Positions 44,939-53,497 of a stretch of 64,000 bases of DNA are shown here, piece after piece. A model generated the notes under the pieces. The model was not told where the DNA came from and made no database searches. It saw only the letters and a program-made list of their open reading frames with translations. The stretch spans positions 10,537 to 74,536 of the forward strand of contig JAANXF010000015.1 of assembly GCA_018263395.1 (NCBI GenBank), read 5' to 3'. The DNA is from Methanonatronarchaeales archaeon. GTDB lineage: Archaea > Halobacteriota > Methanonatronarchaeia > JAANXF01. Numbering within the stretch: position 1 is the stretch's first letter; each line of letters opens with the position of its first letter. The position numbers and the translations under genes were made by a program.

Positions 44939-45835
44939 TCACCTTCCGAATATCCACTCGCGGAGGGGTAACCGGAGGTGCTCGTGGACGTGGGTGTGGT
45001 AATCCCGGGCCTCGACCTGGAAGTAGTTGACCACGGTCACCAGGACGACTCCTCCGGCGGTGTTTCCGAGGAGCACAGGCAGCGCGAACTCCGACGCGCC
45101 GACCCAAATCCCGATATCTCCCACGAATACGAGGAAGAGGACCTCCGTCGCGGCGACGACTATGTGGTAGAGCCCGCCCAGCGGGATGGAGAGGAAGGCC
45201 ATATAGACCAGTACCAACCTCGAAATGGTGTCGCGGGCGGCGTACTCGAGCCAGACCACTCCCGCGACGATGAACCCCGCGATGATGGCCTTGAAGAAGA
45301 GGGACCACCACGGGGTAGCCACTCCCGTAAGCGCGATGTCGGACGCAGTCGCCGCTGCGCCAAGGGACAGGATGCCTGTGAACGCGAGGGTAGCCGCCCC
45401 GATGGCGCCTCCCACCACGTTCCCCGTCAGGACGAGGCCCCAGTTCCGGAGCAGTGAAGGGATGCTGATGATGCGTTCGAGGACGAGCGTGACGGGCGGT
45501 AGAGTGTTCTCCGTGTAGAGCTGGTAGTTCCCGATGATGACGTATATGAATCCCACGGGGTACAGGATGGCCCCGACGAGGGGAGCGCCGCCCGAGGCGT
45601 GAGTCACGGTCGTGTACAGGAGGACTGTGAGCGTTATGGCGAGCCCGGCCGCCAGGGCGCTGAAGAACAGGCGTCTGGCTCTCGTGTTAATCTCGTCCTC
45701 CGCCGCCGCGATTACGCGGGAAAAGATCTCTTCGGAGGAGAATCTGTCGGGGACGGCGGCGCCGGTGGAGGGCGCGACGCTCTGGGCCTCGTCTCTCGAC
45801 TCACTGACCTCGCCATCCCCTGTCGCTTCGGTCAT
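44939..45835 (-). CDS. formate/nitrite transporter (FNT) family channel
   Basis: 298 aa, 6 TM, with YPVGFIYVIIGNYQLYTENT (FNT signature-like). Confidence 0.7.
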   Translation of the reverse strand: MTEATGDGEVSESRDEAQSVAPSTGAAVPDRFSSEEIFSRVIAAAEDEINTRARRLFFSALAAGLAITLTVLLYTTVTHASGGAPLVGAILYPVGFIYVIIGNYQLYTENTLPPVTLVLERIISIPSLLRNWGLVLTGNVVGGAIGAATLAFTGILSLGAAATASDIALTGVATPWWSLFFKAIIAGFIVAGVVWLEYAARDTISRLVLVYMAFLSIPLGGLYHIVVAATEVLFLVFVGDIGIWVGASEFALPVLLGNTAGGVVLVTVVNYFQVEARDYHTHVHEHLRLPLREWIFGR

Positions 45836-45979
45836 AGGTGTTCTTCTCGTCGTCGCGGGGTGAATTTACTGGTGGCCCCCGGGCGATGCTGCCTGTTACG
45901 AGGACTCCGGACTCCTCCCCGAGGGCGTGGCGTCAGGTATGTAAGGGCTGCGCTCTAAAGAGGGGACACCGACGCATCC

Positions 45980-46801
45980 ATGAGCGCAGAGGACACGCTG
46001 GGCGAGGGCCCGATGGGGAAGGAGTCGGCCGCCATCTTCGAGGACGCTCTCGAGGTGGGGAGGCACAGGCTCAGCAGGCATCCCTACGAGACCTCGGTGT
46101 CGGCCTTCATCGCCGGGATGTACGTCACGTTCAGCGCCCTCGCCACCGTCATCGTGTACGCCTCCGTCCTGGACCTCACCGGGTCGGTGCCCTTCGCCTG
46201 GCTCGCCGGCTCCGTCGCCTACCCCATCGGCTTCATATTCGTCGTGGTCGGGAAGTCGGAGCTGTTCACGGAGAACTTCGTCTCCCCTGTGCTATCCGCC
46301 TGGGAGGGGGAGGGCAGCTACGTGGACCTCCTGCGGCTCTGGACGATCGCGCTCGCGTTCAACATCGTCGGCGTCATGGCCATGTCGTTCTTCGTCGGGG
46401 AGTTCGGTCTGCTGGGAAGGAGCTACACCATCGAGGGGTTCGTCACCTTCTCCCACCACCTGACCGGCGACCCGTTCGGCGACGCCTTCATCAAGGGGAT
46501 CTTCGGCGGCCTGCTCATAAACTTCATGTCGTGGCTCGTAATCGCGTCCCGCGGCACGGGGGCCAAGGTCATCATGATATTTATACCGACTTTCCTCATC
46601 AGCCTCATCGGGGCGTTCCACTCCATAGCGGGCTCCGCCGAGGTACTTATCGCGGTGTTCCTCGGAGCCGACGTCACGATGCTGGACTGGTTCCTCCGAT
46701 TCTTCGTTCCGGCCGGGCTCGGGAACCTGATCGGCGGCGTGGTGTTCGTCGCGGCGCTGCACTACCTGCAGGTCTCCAACCAGCTCCGTTACTTCCGGTG
46801 A
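45980..46801 (+). CDS. formate/nitrite transporter (FNT) family channel, paralog
   Basis: 273 aa with YPIGFIFVVVGKSELFTENF. Divergent from the first FNT gene across 144 bp. Confidence 0.7.
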   Translation: MSAEDTLGEGPMGKESAAIFEDALEVGRHRLSRHPYETSVSAFIAGMYVTFSALATVIVYASVLDLTGSVPFAWLAGSVAYPIGFIFVVVGKSELFTENFVSPVLSAWEGEGSYVDLLRLWTIALAFNIVGVMAMSFFVGEFGLLGRSYTIEGFVTFSHHLTGDPFGDAFIKGIFGGLLINFMSWLVIASRGTGAKVIMIFIPTFLISLIGAFHSIAGSAEVLIAVFLGADVTMLDWFLRFFVPAGLGNLIGGVVFVAALHYLQVSNQLRYFR

Positions 46802-46854
46802 TGCGTCGTTTTCCGGACGGCAAACTGTTTGTTGAGGCGTCCCGATAACGGGTT

Positions 46855-48276
46855 ATGCGCGTCGTAATCGCGGGGGCCGGCAGGGTCGGACGGTCGCTCG
46901 CCGACCGGCTGTCCAGCCGGGGGTGGGGCGTCAACATAATCGATCGCTCTCCGGAGCGGTGCTCCGAAATCACGCGGTCGGACCTCGACTCGTACTGTGG
47001 GGACGCCGGGGACCCCGCCACCCTGAAGGAGGCCGGGGCCGGGAGCGCAAACCTGTTCTTCGCCCTCACGGACGACGACGAGGTGAACCTGGGGGCGTCG
47101 GAGGCCGCGCTGGACCTCGGCGCCGGCCGCGCCATCGCGAGGTGCGAGAACGTGGAGAACCAGGAGCGGTTCGAGGGGATGGGGGTGAGGACGGTATCCC
47201 CGACGGACCTCGCCGTCGACGTCCTGGAGGACATGTTCGAGAACCCGAGGGTCTCCTCCTCGCTCCACGTCGCCGGGGGGGAGGGCGAGGTCATGGAGCT
47301 CAGCCTCTCGTCCGAATCCCCGGTCGTCGGGAGGAGGATCGGGGAGCTGCCGCTGGAGGACGTCCGGGTCGCCGCTCTGCGGGACGAGGAGAGGGGTTTC
47401 GTCATCCCGGGTGATGACCACGTCCTGGAGGCCGGCGACGTCGTGGTGCTGGTGGGGAGGAGGGGCGTAACTTCATCCGCGACCCACATGTTCATCGGGG
47501 AGGAGATAGCTTTCCCCCGGGGCTACGGCGATGCGCTACTGGTGCTGCTGCTGAACGAGTCCAGCCTGGACGGCGCCCTGGAGGAGGCGTTCCACATAGC
47601 CGACATAGCGCTGTTAGCGCTCAACGCGTTCTCTCTCGGGGGAGAGGAGCTGCTGCGTCGGGCCGACGAGAGGGCGAGGGAGTGGAAGCTGAAGCTGGAG
47701 AGCCTCGGCGTCCGTGAGGGGAACCTGATCGAGGAGACGGAACACGAGGTCTCCCTGACCAACCCCGCCATGGTGGTGGTGGACGAGGAGGAGATGGGGG
47801 TGATGGACAGGATTCTGCGTAGGAAGGGTTCCGCGGCCCAGGTGGTGTCCTCTCTCCCCTGCCCCGTACTGGTCTCGAAGCGGGAGCACACCTTCGAGCG
47901 GATGCTTATACCCGTCGACGGCTCCGAGTCCTACGACCGCTCGGCGGAGATGGGCGTGGAGCTCGCCAGCCTCCTGGGCTCCGACGTGCTGGCAGTCTCC
48001 GCGGTGCCCCCCATGCGCTCCACGCGGAAGGGAGCGGTGGAGCGGGCGGAGGAGAGCCTTCGTAGCGTGGAGCGCTTCGGGAGCCTCTGGAACGTCCCGG
48101 TCGAGACCCGGGTCATCGAGGGCAACCCGGTGCACAACGTTACGCAACTCGCGGGCCGGGAAGACATCGGCATAGCGGTCCTCGCACACAAGAGGGAGGG
48201 TGACGGCCTTTTCAAGCACGAGGTAAGTGAGAGGCTGCTGGAGGAGCTCCCTGTCTCGACCCTCATGATCAAGTAG
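46855..48276 (+). CDS. RCK (TrkA-N/TrkA-C) domain protein fused to two USP-like domains
   Basis: 473 aa with MRVVIAGAGRVGRSLA (Rossmann), a TrkA-C segment, and a C-terminal USP (ERMLIPVDGSES...). Confidence 0.75.
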   Translation: MRVVIAGAGRVGRSLADRLSSRGWGVNIIDRSPERCSEITRSDLDSYCGDAGDPATLKEAGAGSANLFFALTDDDEVNLGASEAALDLGAGRAIARCENVENQERFEGMGVRTVSPTDLAVDVLEDMFENPRVSSSLHVAGGEGEVMELSLSSESPVVGRRIGELPLEDVRVAALRDEERGFVIPGDDHVLEAGDVVVLVGRRGVTSSATHMFIGEEIAFPRGYGDALLVLLLNESSLDGALEEAFHIADIALLALNAFSLGGEELLRRADERAREWKLKLESLGVREGNLIEETEHEVSLTNPAMVVVDEEEMGVMDRILRRKGSAAQVVSSLPCPVLVSKREHTFERMLIPVDGSESYDRSAEMGVELASLLGSDVLAVSAVPPMRSTRKGAVERAEESLRSVERFGSLWNVPVETRVIEGNPVHNVTQLAGREDIGIAVLAHKREGDGLFKHEVSERLLEELPVSTLMIK

Positions 48277-48319
48277 TAGCGAAAGGTGGTTTAACCTCTG
48301 TAACGATGTACGAAACCAA

Positions 48320-48451
48320 ATGGCGACCAGTCTGGAGTGCTCCGGTTGTGAAGAGACGATTTACCTGCCGGAGCTCATAGAGGGCAGGTGCCCAATCTGT
48401 CGGGAGCAGATAGTCGAGAGGGTCGGGCGGGTCGAGAGCGTAGAGGAATGA
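48320..48451 (+). CDS. 43-aa zinc-ribbon micro-protein translationally coupled to nucS
   Basis: Not in the ORF track (<60 aa): MATSLECSGCEETIYLPELIEGRCPICREQIVERVGRVESVEE*. It has CxxC...CxxC. Its stop overlaps the nucS ATG (ATGA at 48448-48451). Confidence 0.45.
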   Translation: MATSLECSGCEETIYLPELIEGRCPICREQIVERVGRVESVEE

Positions 48452-49215
48452 CCTTCTCTCTCCTGGAGAGCCCCTCGGCCGGGGAGTTAGAGGAGTTTCT
48501 CAGGAAGGCTCTCAGGCGGAGGGGCATGGTACAGGTCGCGGCGCTCTGTACGGTGGAGTACAGGGGCCGAGCCGAGTCGGTCCTGGAGGAGGGAGAGCGC
48601 CTCGTAATTGCCGAGAGGGACGGCGCGTTTCTGGTTCACGGTCCGAAGGGGTACAGACCGAAGAACTGGCAGCCCTCCACTGACCGCTTCAAGGTTCTGG
48701 GAGGAAACCCCGTCGTCTTGGAGGCGAGGAGGAGCAATCCCCGCGAGGTCGTGAGGGTCACGTTCCACGAGGTTAAGTACGCCGTCCTCGCCCACCTCGT
48801 CGACGACGAGCAGCTTCGGCTAAGCGGCTCAGAGATGGACATCCAGAGAGCTCTCGCGAGGGGGCCGGAGACCCTGGAACCCGGTCTGCGCCGCGTGGAG
48901 AGAGAGTACCGAACGGACGCCGGGGACGTCGACCTTCTCGCGAGGGACGGCGACGGCAACTACGTCGCTGTGGAGGTCAAGAGGAACCCGGGCTATGGGT
49001 CTGCCGAGCAGCTCGACCGCTACGTCCGTGAGCTGAAGGAGGGCTACGGCGACAATGTGAGGGGTATCCTGGCGGCCCCGGAGATCTCGTCCCGGCTGGA
49101 GAAGTACCTGGAGAAGCTGGAGCTGGAGGGCCGAGAAATCGACGCGGACGCGCTTACCGAAAGTATCTCCTCCATAGGAGGGGAGCAGTCGAGCCTCGAC
49201 TCCTTCTCATTCTAG
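48448..49215 (+). CDS. nucS: endonuclease NucS/EndoMS
   Basis: From the ATG at 48448: MTFSLLE... with GDVDLLARDGDGNYVAVEVKR (PD-(D/E)XK). C-terminal PIP-like box QSSLDSFSF. Confidence 0.85.
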   Translation: MTFSLLESPSAGELEEFLRKALRRRGMVQVAALCTVEYRGRAESVLEEGERLVIAERDGAFLVHGPKGYRPKNWQPSTDRFKVLGGNPVVLEARRSNPREVVRVTFHEVKYAVLAHLVDDEQLRLSGSEMDIQRALARGPETLEPGLRRVEREYRTDAGDVDLLARDGDGNYVAVEVKRNPGYGSAEQLDRYVRELKEGYGDNVRGILAAPEISSRLEKYLEKLELEGREIDADALTESISSIGGEQSSLDSFSF

Positions 49216-50135
49216 TCCCCTCTGCCCACCTCGAGCATTCTCTCGAGGGCCGCGAGGGCCCTCTTCCGGGTGGATTCCTCGACCTCCACCACGTGCTCCA
49301 CGTTCTCGAGGGAGCGCGCCATGCTCTCCAAGGTGTTTAGCTTCATGTTGGGGCAGACCGCGTAACGCGACGCCTCGACGAACTCCTTTCCAGGGCTCTC
49401 TCTCCGCAGCCTGTGGATGATGCCGTTCTCCGTGCCCACGATAAACGGGCCCTCGCCCTCCCGGGCCGCCCCCAGTATTCCGCTGGTCGATGAGACGTGG
49501 TCGGCGATGCCCAGGACCTCCCCCCGGCACTCCGGGTGTGCCAGGACGGTGGCGTCGGGGTGGTTCTCCGTCGCGAGCAGGACGTCGCCCCTGAGTATCT
49601 GGTCGTGTGTGGGGCAGTAGCCGTCCCACTTCAGCACCTCCTTATCCGTTTTCGAACCCACGTACTCCGCGAGGTTGGAGTCGGGCACGAAGAGTACCCT
49701 GTCGGTGTCGAGAGAGTCCACCACCTCCACAGCGTTGCTGGAGGTACAGCAGACGTCGCTCTCCGCCTTGACCGCGGCTGACGTGTTTACGTAGCACACC
49801 ACCGGAACCTCCCCCCCGTACTCTCCCCGGAGCTCCGCCTTTCTTTCACTGAGTCCCTCCGCCGTAATCATGGCGGCCATCGGGCACTCCGCCCTGGGGT
49901 CGGGCATCAGCACAGTCTTCTCCGGGTTCAGAATCTTCGCCGACTCCGCCATGAAGTCCACCCCGCAGAAAAGGATCACGTCGGCGTCAGTCTCGGCCGC
50001 CCGCATGCTCAGGCCGAGGGAGTCACCTACGTAATCCGCCGCGTCCTGAACCTCCCCCCTCTGGTAGTTGTGGGCCAGCACCACGGCGTTACTCTCCTCC
50101 TTCAGGTACTCGAACCTCTCGACGAGATCACTCAT
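49212..50135 (-). CDS. nadA: quinolinate synthase
   Basis: 307 aa with VVLAHNYQ and conserved Cys ligands. Confidence 0.9.
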   Translation of the reverse strand: MSDLVERFEYLKEESNAVVLAHNYQRGEVQDAADYVGDSLGLSMRAAETDADVILFCGVDFMAESAKILNPEKTVLMPDPRAECPMAAMITAEGLSERKAELRGEYGGEVPVVCYVNTSAAVKAESDVCCTSSNAVEVVDSLDTDRVLFVPDSNLAEYVGSKTDKEVLKWDGYCPTHDQILRGDVLLATENHPDATVLAHPECRGEVLGIADHVSSTSGILGAAREGEGPFIVGTENGIIHRLRRESPGKEFVEASRYAVCPNMKLNTLESMARSLENVEHVVEVEESTRKRALAALERMLEVGRGD

Positions 50136-50389
50136 AAAGGGCGGGTAGTGTTATTCGCCGAGGGTAATAGTGGTTACGTGGAGAGCTGACGGGGCTCCAC
50201 ACCTCCCGGAAACGACCGTTGCGGCGGGCCTTCGCATCAGGTGCGTCCTGACCACCCGTAGGGGGACGATTCCGGAACGGTTCTCGACCAGAGGGACGAG
50301 CCCCTGTGGCCCGCCCGCGTGCGCTTCGTGTAACGCCCGGTCGAGGGCTGTACGGGGACTCGATGCTCCGAACTCCCTGACTAGGAACT

Positions 50390-50480
50390 CGTTTCAAAAA
50401 GGGCTGAGAGGATAAACCCCAGGCATCCTCCTCGCCTGACCTGAGGGACCGTACCCGCCATCCCCGTGGTTTTTGAAACG
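50390..50480. other. 91-nt element closed by an 11-bp perfect inverted repeat (CGTTTCAAAAA / TTTTTGAAACG) inside the nadX-nadA spacer
   Basis: Arms lie at 50390-50400 and 50470-50480. There is an internal hairpin GAGGAT...ATCCTC. No credible ORF. Confidence 0.4.
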
Positions 50481-50489
50481 GCCTCTAGG

Positions 50490-51269
50490 TCAGGTCCCGA
50501 CCTTCAGACTCGCCTCTATCCCCCGTATCGTGGCGAGGGCACTGAGTGCCGCGAGGTGTGAGGTCTTCGGGTTGTCGGGCGAGGGGACGTTCTCCACCCT
50601 GGTCGAGAGCCGCCCGAACTCGCCCTCGGCGTCGACCTCGTGCACGTTCCTCGAAAGGGATGGGTCCGCAACTATCCTTACCACGGTCTCGGCGGGACCT
50701 ATCCCTGCGAGGCTCAGGGCCGCCGACACGTTGACGTTCCTCGGGAATAGGGAGACGGCCTCGTCTGCCGGACCCTCGAACAGCTCCACGGGTCCATCCA
50801 GCCCCGAGAGGCTGCCTTCGTCCACGCCCGGAGCGCCCTCCAGCGCGGCAGGGGGTTTCCTCGTCGTGAGGACCACGGAGTCCACTCTCGCCACGGAGGC
50901 CGACCTGATGCCGTCCAGGCCGCAGACCGCACCGGAGGGGGTGTATATCTCGGCCCCGGAGCCCTCCGCCAGCCCGAGCAGCGCCTCCCTCACGCCTTCG
51001 TCCATGAGGCCGGAGACGCTCATCACGAGGAGATCCCTTCCGGCGGACAGCGCGGCGTCGCCCACCTCCTCCACCGCTGCGGGAGACGCCGCCTCGACCA
51101 CGAGGTCGCTCGTATCCACTAGCTCCTCCAGGCCCGGCGCCGCCGCACCCCCGGTTTCATCTGCGAGCCTCAGGGCCCTCTCCGGGTGCCTGTCCAGGAG
51201 CGCTGCGCCGTCGAGGTTGGAGGCCAGGAAACTCCCTATCGCCCCGCACCCCACGATTCCGACTCTCAT
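50490..51269 (-). CDS. nadX: L-aspartate dehydrogenase
   Basis: From the internal ATG at 51269: MRVGIVGCGAIGSFLA..., 259 aa, NadX pattern. The upstream part of the 400-aa ORF is antisense to the usp gene. Confidence 0.8.
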   Translation of the reverse strand: MRVGIVGCGAIGSFLASNLDGAALLDRHPERALRLADETGGAAAPGLEELVDTSDLVVEAASPAAVEEVGDAALSAGRDLLVMSVSGLMDEGVREALLGLAEGSGAEIYTPSGAVCGLDGIRSASVARVDSVVLTTRKPPAALEGAPGVDEGSLSGLDGPVELFEGPADEAVSLFPRNVNVSAALSLAGIGPAETVVRIVADPSLSRNVHEVDAEGEFGRLSTRVENVPSPDNPKTSHLAALSALATIRGIEASLKVGT

Positions 51270-51327
51270 ACGTCCCGTACTATCGCCGCGAAGGCTTTTC
51301 CCTTCTGCGGCCGAACTAATCGGTCCC

Positions 51328-51726
51328 TTGGAACACATCCTCGTAGCGACGGACGGCTCGGAGAAGGCCGACAGGGCCGTTAACCTCGCGGTGGATATGG
51401 CGTCTGGGCTCTCGGCGAGCGTAACCGCGCTGTGCGTGAGGCCGCCGAGGCCCGGGTATGCGGTCGAGGTGGAGGGACTCGACAGACCGTACAGGCAGGG
51501 ACTGGAGCACGCGAGGGAGGCTGCCTCTGATGCAAACGTGCCGTTCAGCGAGGAGGAGAGGATGGGCGAACCCGCCGAGGAAATCGTGAAGGCGGCGGAC
51601 GACCTGGACGCGGACCTGGTGGTGGTGGGCCTAACCGGCAAAAAGGGCATCAGTCGACTTATGATGGGTTCCGTCGCCGAGAAGGTGGTCAAGGAGTCCC
51701 CGGTTCCGGTTACCGTGGCTAAGTAG
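51328..51726 (+). CDS. universal stress protein (UspA family)
   Basis: The C-terminal about 132 codons of ORF 50473..51726: (TTG)EHILVATDGSEKADRAV...GKKGISRLMMGSVAEKVVKESPVPVTV. The start is uncertain. Confidence 0.65.
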   Translation: MEHILVATDGSEKADRAVNLAVDMASGLSASVTALCVRPPRPGYAVEVEGLDRPYRQGLEHAREAASDANVPFSEEERMGEPAEEIVKAADDLDADLVVVGLTGKKGISRLMMGSVAEKVVKESPVPVTVAK

Positions 51727-52480
51727 GAGCTTCTCCGGACGAGGCCGAGCCGGTGACCCTCAGCGTGAACAGGCTCAACTCGTAGAACAGGATGAGGGGC
51801 GTGGCCATTATCGCCTGGCTCACTATATCGGGCGGGGTCAGGCTGGCGCCCACGGCCACCACGGCGACGTAGGCCTCCCTGCGCCTCGCAGCGAGCTGCT
51901 GGTAGGACACGATTCCAGACCTGACTGCGAGGTTCAGTGCGAGGGGGAGCTCGAAGACCACACCGAACGCTAGGACGAGCAGCGCCACGAAGTTGTAGAA
52001 GCCCGACATGTGGTACGTGATGGCGTAGTCGCTCGGAGTTAGCAGCACGAGGAACTTGAACATGATGGGCATCATCAGGAGGTAGGCGTAGAAAATTCCG
52101 CCGAAGAAAAGAGCGGCGGCGGTCAGGACGATGAGCAGCTTCCCTCCCGTGCCGAGGTTCAGCTCAGCCTCGACGTCCAGGTTCTGCTTCACCCCCTCCC
52201 TGACGTACCACGCGATGAGGGGCGATAGCGCTAAGAGCGCGAGGACGGCGGAGACCTTCACCTTGTATATCAGGAACTCGGTGGGGGTCCATTGAATGAT
52301 GTCCACCCCCTCGACGCGGGAAAGCACGTGGCCCTTTACCGAAAGCAGCAGCGGGTCCACCGCTACGCTGAAGAGGACGACGAGCAGCACGATGAAGAGT
52401 GCGAGGAGAAGCGTAAGCCGCCTCCTCACAATTGCAAGGGACGCGTCGACCTTTTCAAGCGCGTCCTGCACATCGTTCAT
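51719..52480 (-). CDS. tatC: Sec-independent (Tat) translocase subunit TatC
   Basis: From the ATG at 52480, 253 aa, 6 TM, TatC-like loops (VFELPL, LTPPDIVSQ). Confidence 0.75.
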   Translation of the reverse strand: MNDVQDALEKVDASLAIVRRRLTLLLALFIVLLVVLFSVAVDPLLLSVKGHVLSRVEGVDIIQWTPTEFLIYKVKVSAVLALLALSPLIAWYVREGVKQNLDVEAELNLGTGGKLLIVLTAAALFFGGIFYAYLLMMPIMFKFLVLLTPSDYAITYHMSGFYNFVALLVLAFGVVFELPLALNLAVRSGIVSYQQLAARRREAYVAVVAVGASLTPPDIVSQAIMATPLILFYELSLFTLRVTGSASSGEAPT

Positions 52481-52519
52481 GCAATCCAGTTTTGGGTGTG
52501 CGAAACCAAATACCTCACG

Positions 52520-53248
52520 ATGGGGAACTTCACCTCCACGCCGGAAAACGACGAGGAACGCCCCCTCCTGGAGCACGTAGCCGAGCTAAGGAAGCGGCTT
52601 CTGGTGACGGTGGTGTTGGTGCTGGCGGTCGCCCTCGCGTCCTTTCCAGTATCTAGGGAAGGCCTGGCCATCCTGGTGGAGGCCGTGGCCACCGAGGGCG
52701 TCGGGGTAGCGGTGTACACACCTACCGAGTACGTGATCGCGCAGATATACCTCATGCTGGCCACGGGGATCGCGGTCGCGATACCGGTCATCATCTACGA
52801 GGCTTACGCGTTCATGGCTCCCGGCCTATACCCACGGGAGAAGAGGCTATACCTCCTGATAGTGCCCTTTTCCGCGGTCCTCCTCCTGCTCGGCGCCGCC
52901 CTGGCGTGGCTCGTCGTAATTCCGCAGCTTGCGCCCGTCCTTATGACCACGGGGGACGACGTGGTAAGGGCCGCGATATCCATAGAACGAGCCTTCTTCT
53001 TCGTCGCCGGCCTCATGTTCCTGATGGGCCTCGTGTTTCAGGTCCCCGTAGCGCTCGCCATCGCCGTGTGGAGTGGCGTAGTGACCCCGGCATCCCTCTT
53101 CGAGAACAGGCTGTACGCCTACACGGGGTTCTTCTTACTGACCTCGGTCCTGACGGTGGACCCCACGATGGCCTCCCAGCTGATCCTGACGGCGGTATTC
53201 GTGGCCCTGTACGAGCTTTCCGTACGGGTGGCCGAGTTGCTTACATAG
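52520..53248 (+). CDS. tatC: Sec-independent (Tat) translocase subunit TatC, paralog
   Basis: From the ATG at 52520: MGNFTSTPENDEERPLLEHVAELRKRLL... (TatC N-terminal HLxELRxR motif), 242 aa. Confidence 0.8.
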   Translation: MGNFTSTPENDEERPLLEHVAELRKRLLVTVVLVLAVALASFPVSREGLAILVEAVATEGVGVAVYTPTEYVIAQIYLMLATGIAVAIPVIIYEAYAFMAPGLYPREKRLYLLIVPFSAVLLLLGAALAWLVVIPQLAPVLMTTGDDVVRAAISIERAFFFVAGLMFLMGLVFQVPVALAIAVWSGVVTPASLFENRLYAYTGFFLLTSVLTVDPTMASQLILTAVFVALYELSVRVAELLT

Positions 53249-53296
53249 TTACACAGGGTTTTTCCAGCCAGGGATAGAAGAGGGGCCGGTGCTCAC

Positions 53297-53497
53297 TTGG
53301 GCAGGGTAAGGCCTACGCTCGTAAAAAGCATAGGACAGAAGCTTACGGAGAGGTACCCGAATGCCTTCAGCGACGATTTCGAGGAGAACAAGGATACGGT
53401 GGACGAGTACGCCGAGGTCAAGTCCAAGCACCTTCGAAACAGGATTGCCGGGTACGTCACCCACCTGAAGGAGCTTGAACAGAAGCAGCAGGACTGA
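53297..53497 (+). CDS. rps17e: 30S ribosomal protein S17e
   Basis: 66 aa, (TTG)GRVRPTLVKSIGQKLTERYPNAF... Confidence 0.9.
   Translation: MGRVRPTLVKSIGQKLTERYPNAFSDDFEENKDTVDEYAEVKSKHLRNRIAGYVTHLKELEQKQQD

Noticed and set aside
50136-50489. Possibility that the nadX-nadA spacer is the SRP (7S) RNA or RNase P RNA gene
   Set aside because: On neither strand did I find the helix-8 GGAA tetraloop with flanking AGCA (…CCGGAAGG(A/G)AGCA…) or the RNase P CR-I GAGGAAAGUCC. It is kept only as an unclassified structured spacer.
50473-51726. 417-aa plus-strand ORF
   Set aside because: The N-terminal about 285 codons are Ser/Pro/Ala-rich antisense of nadX. Only the C-terminal USP domain (from about 51328) is credible.
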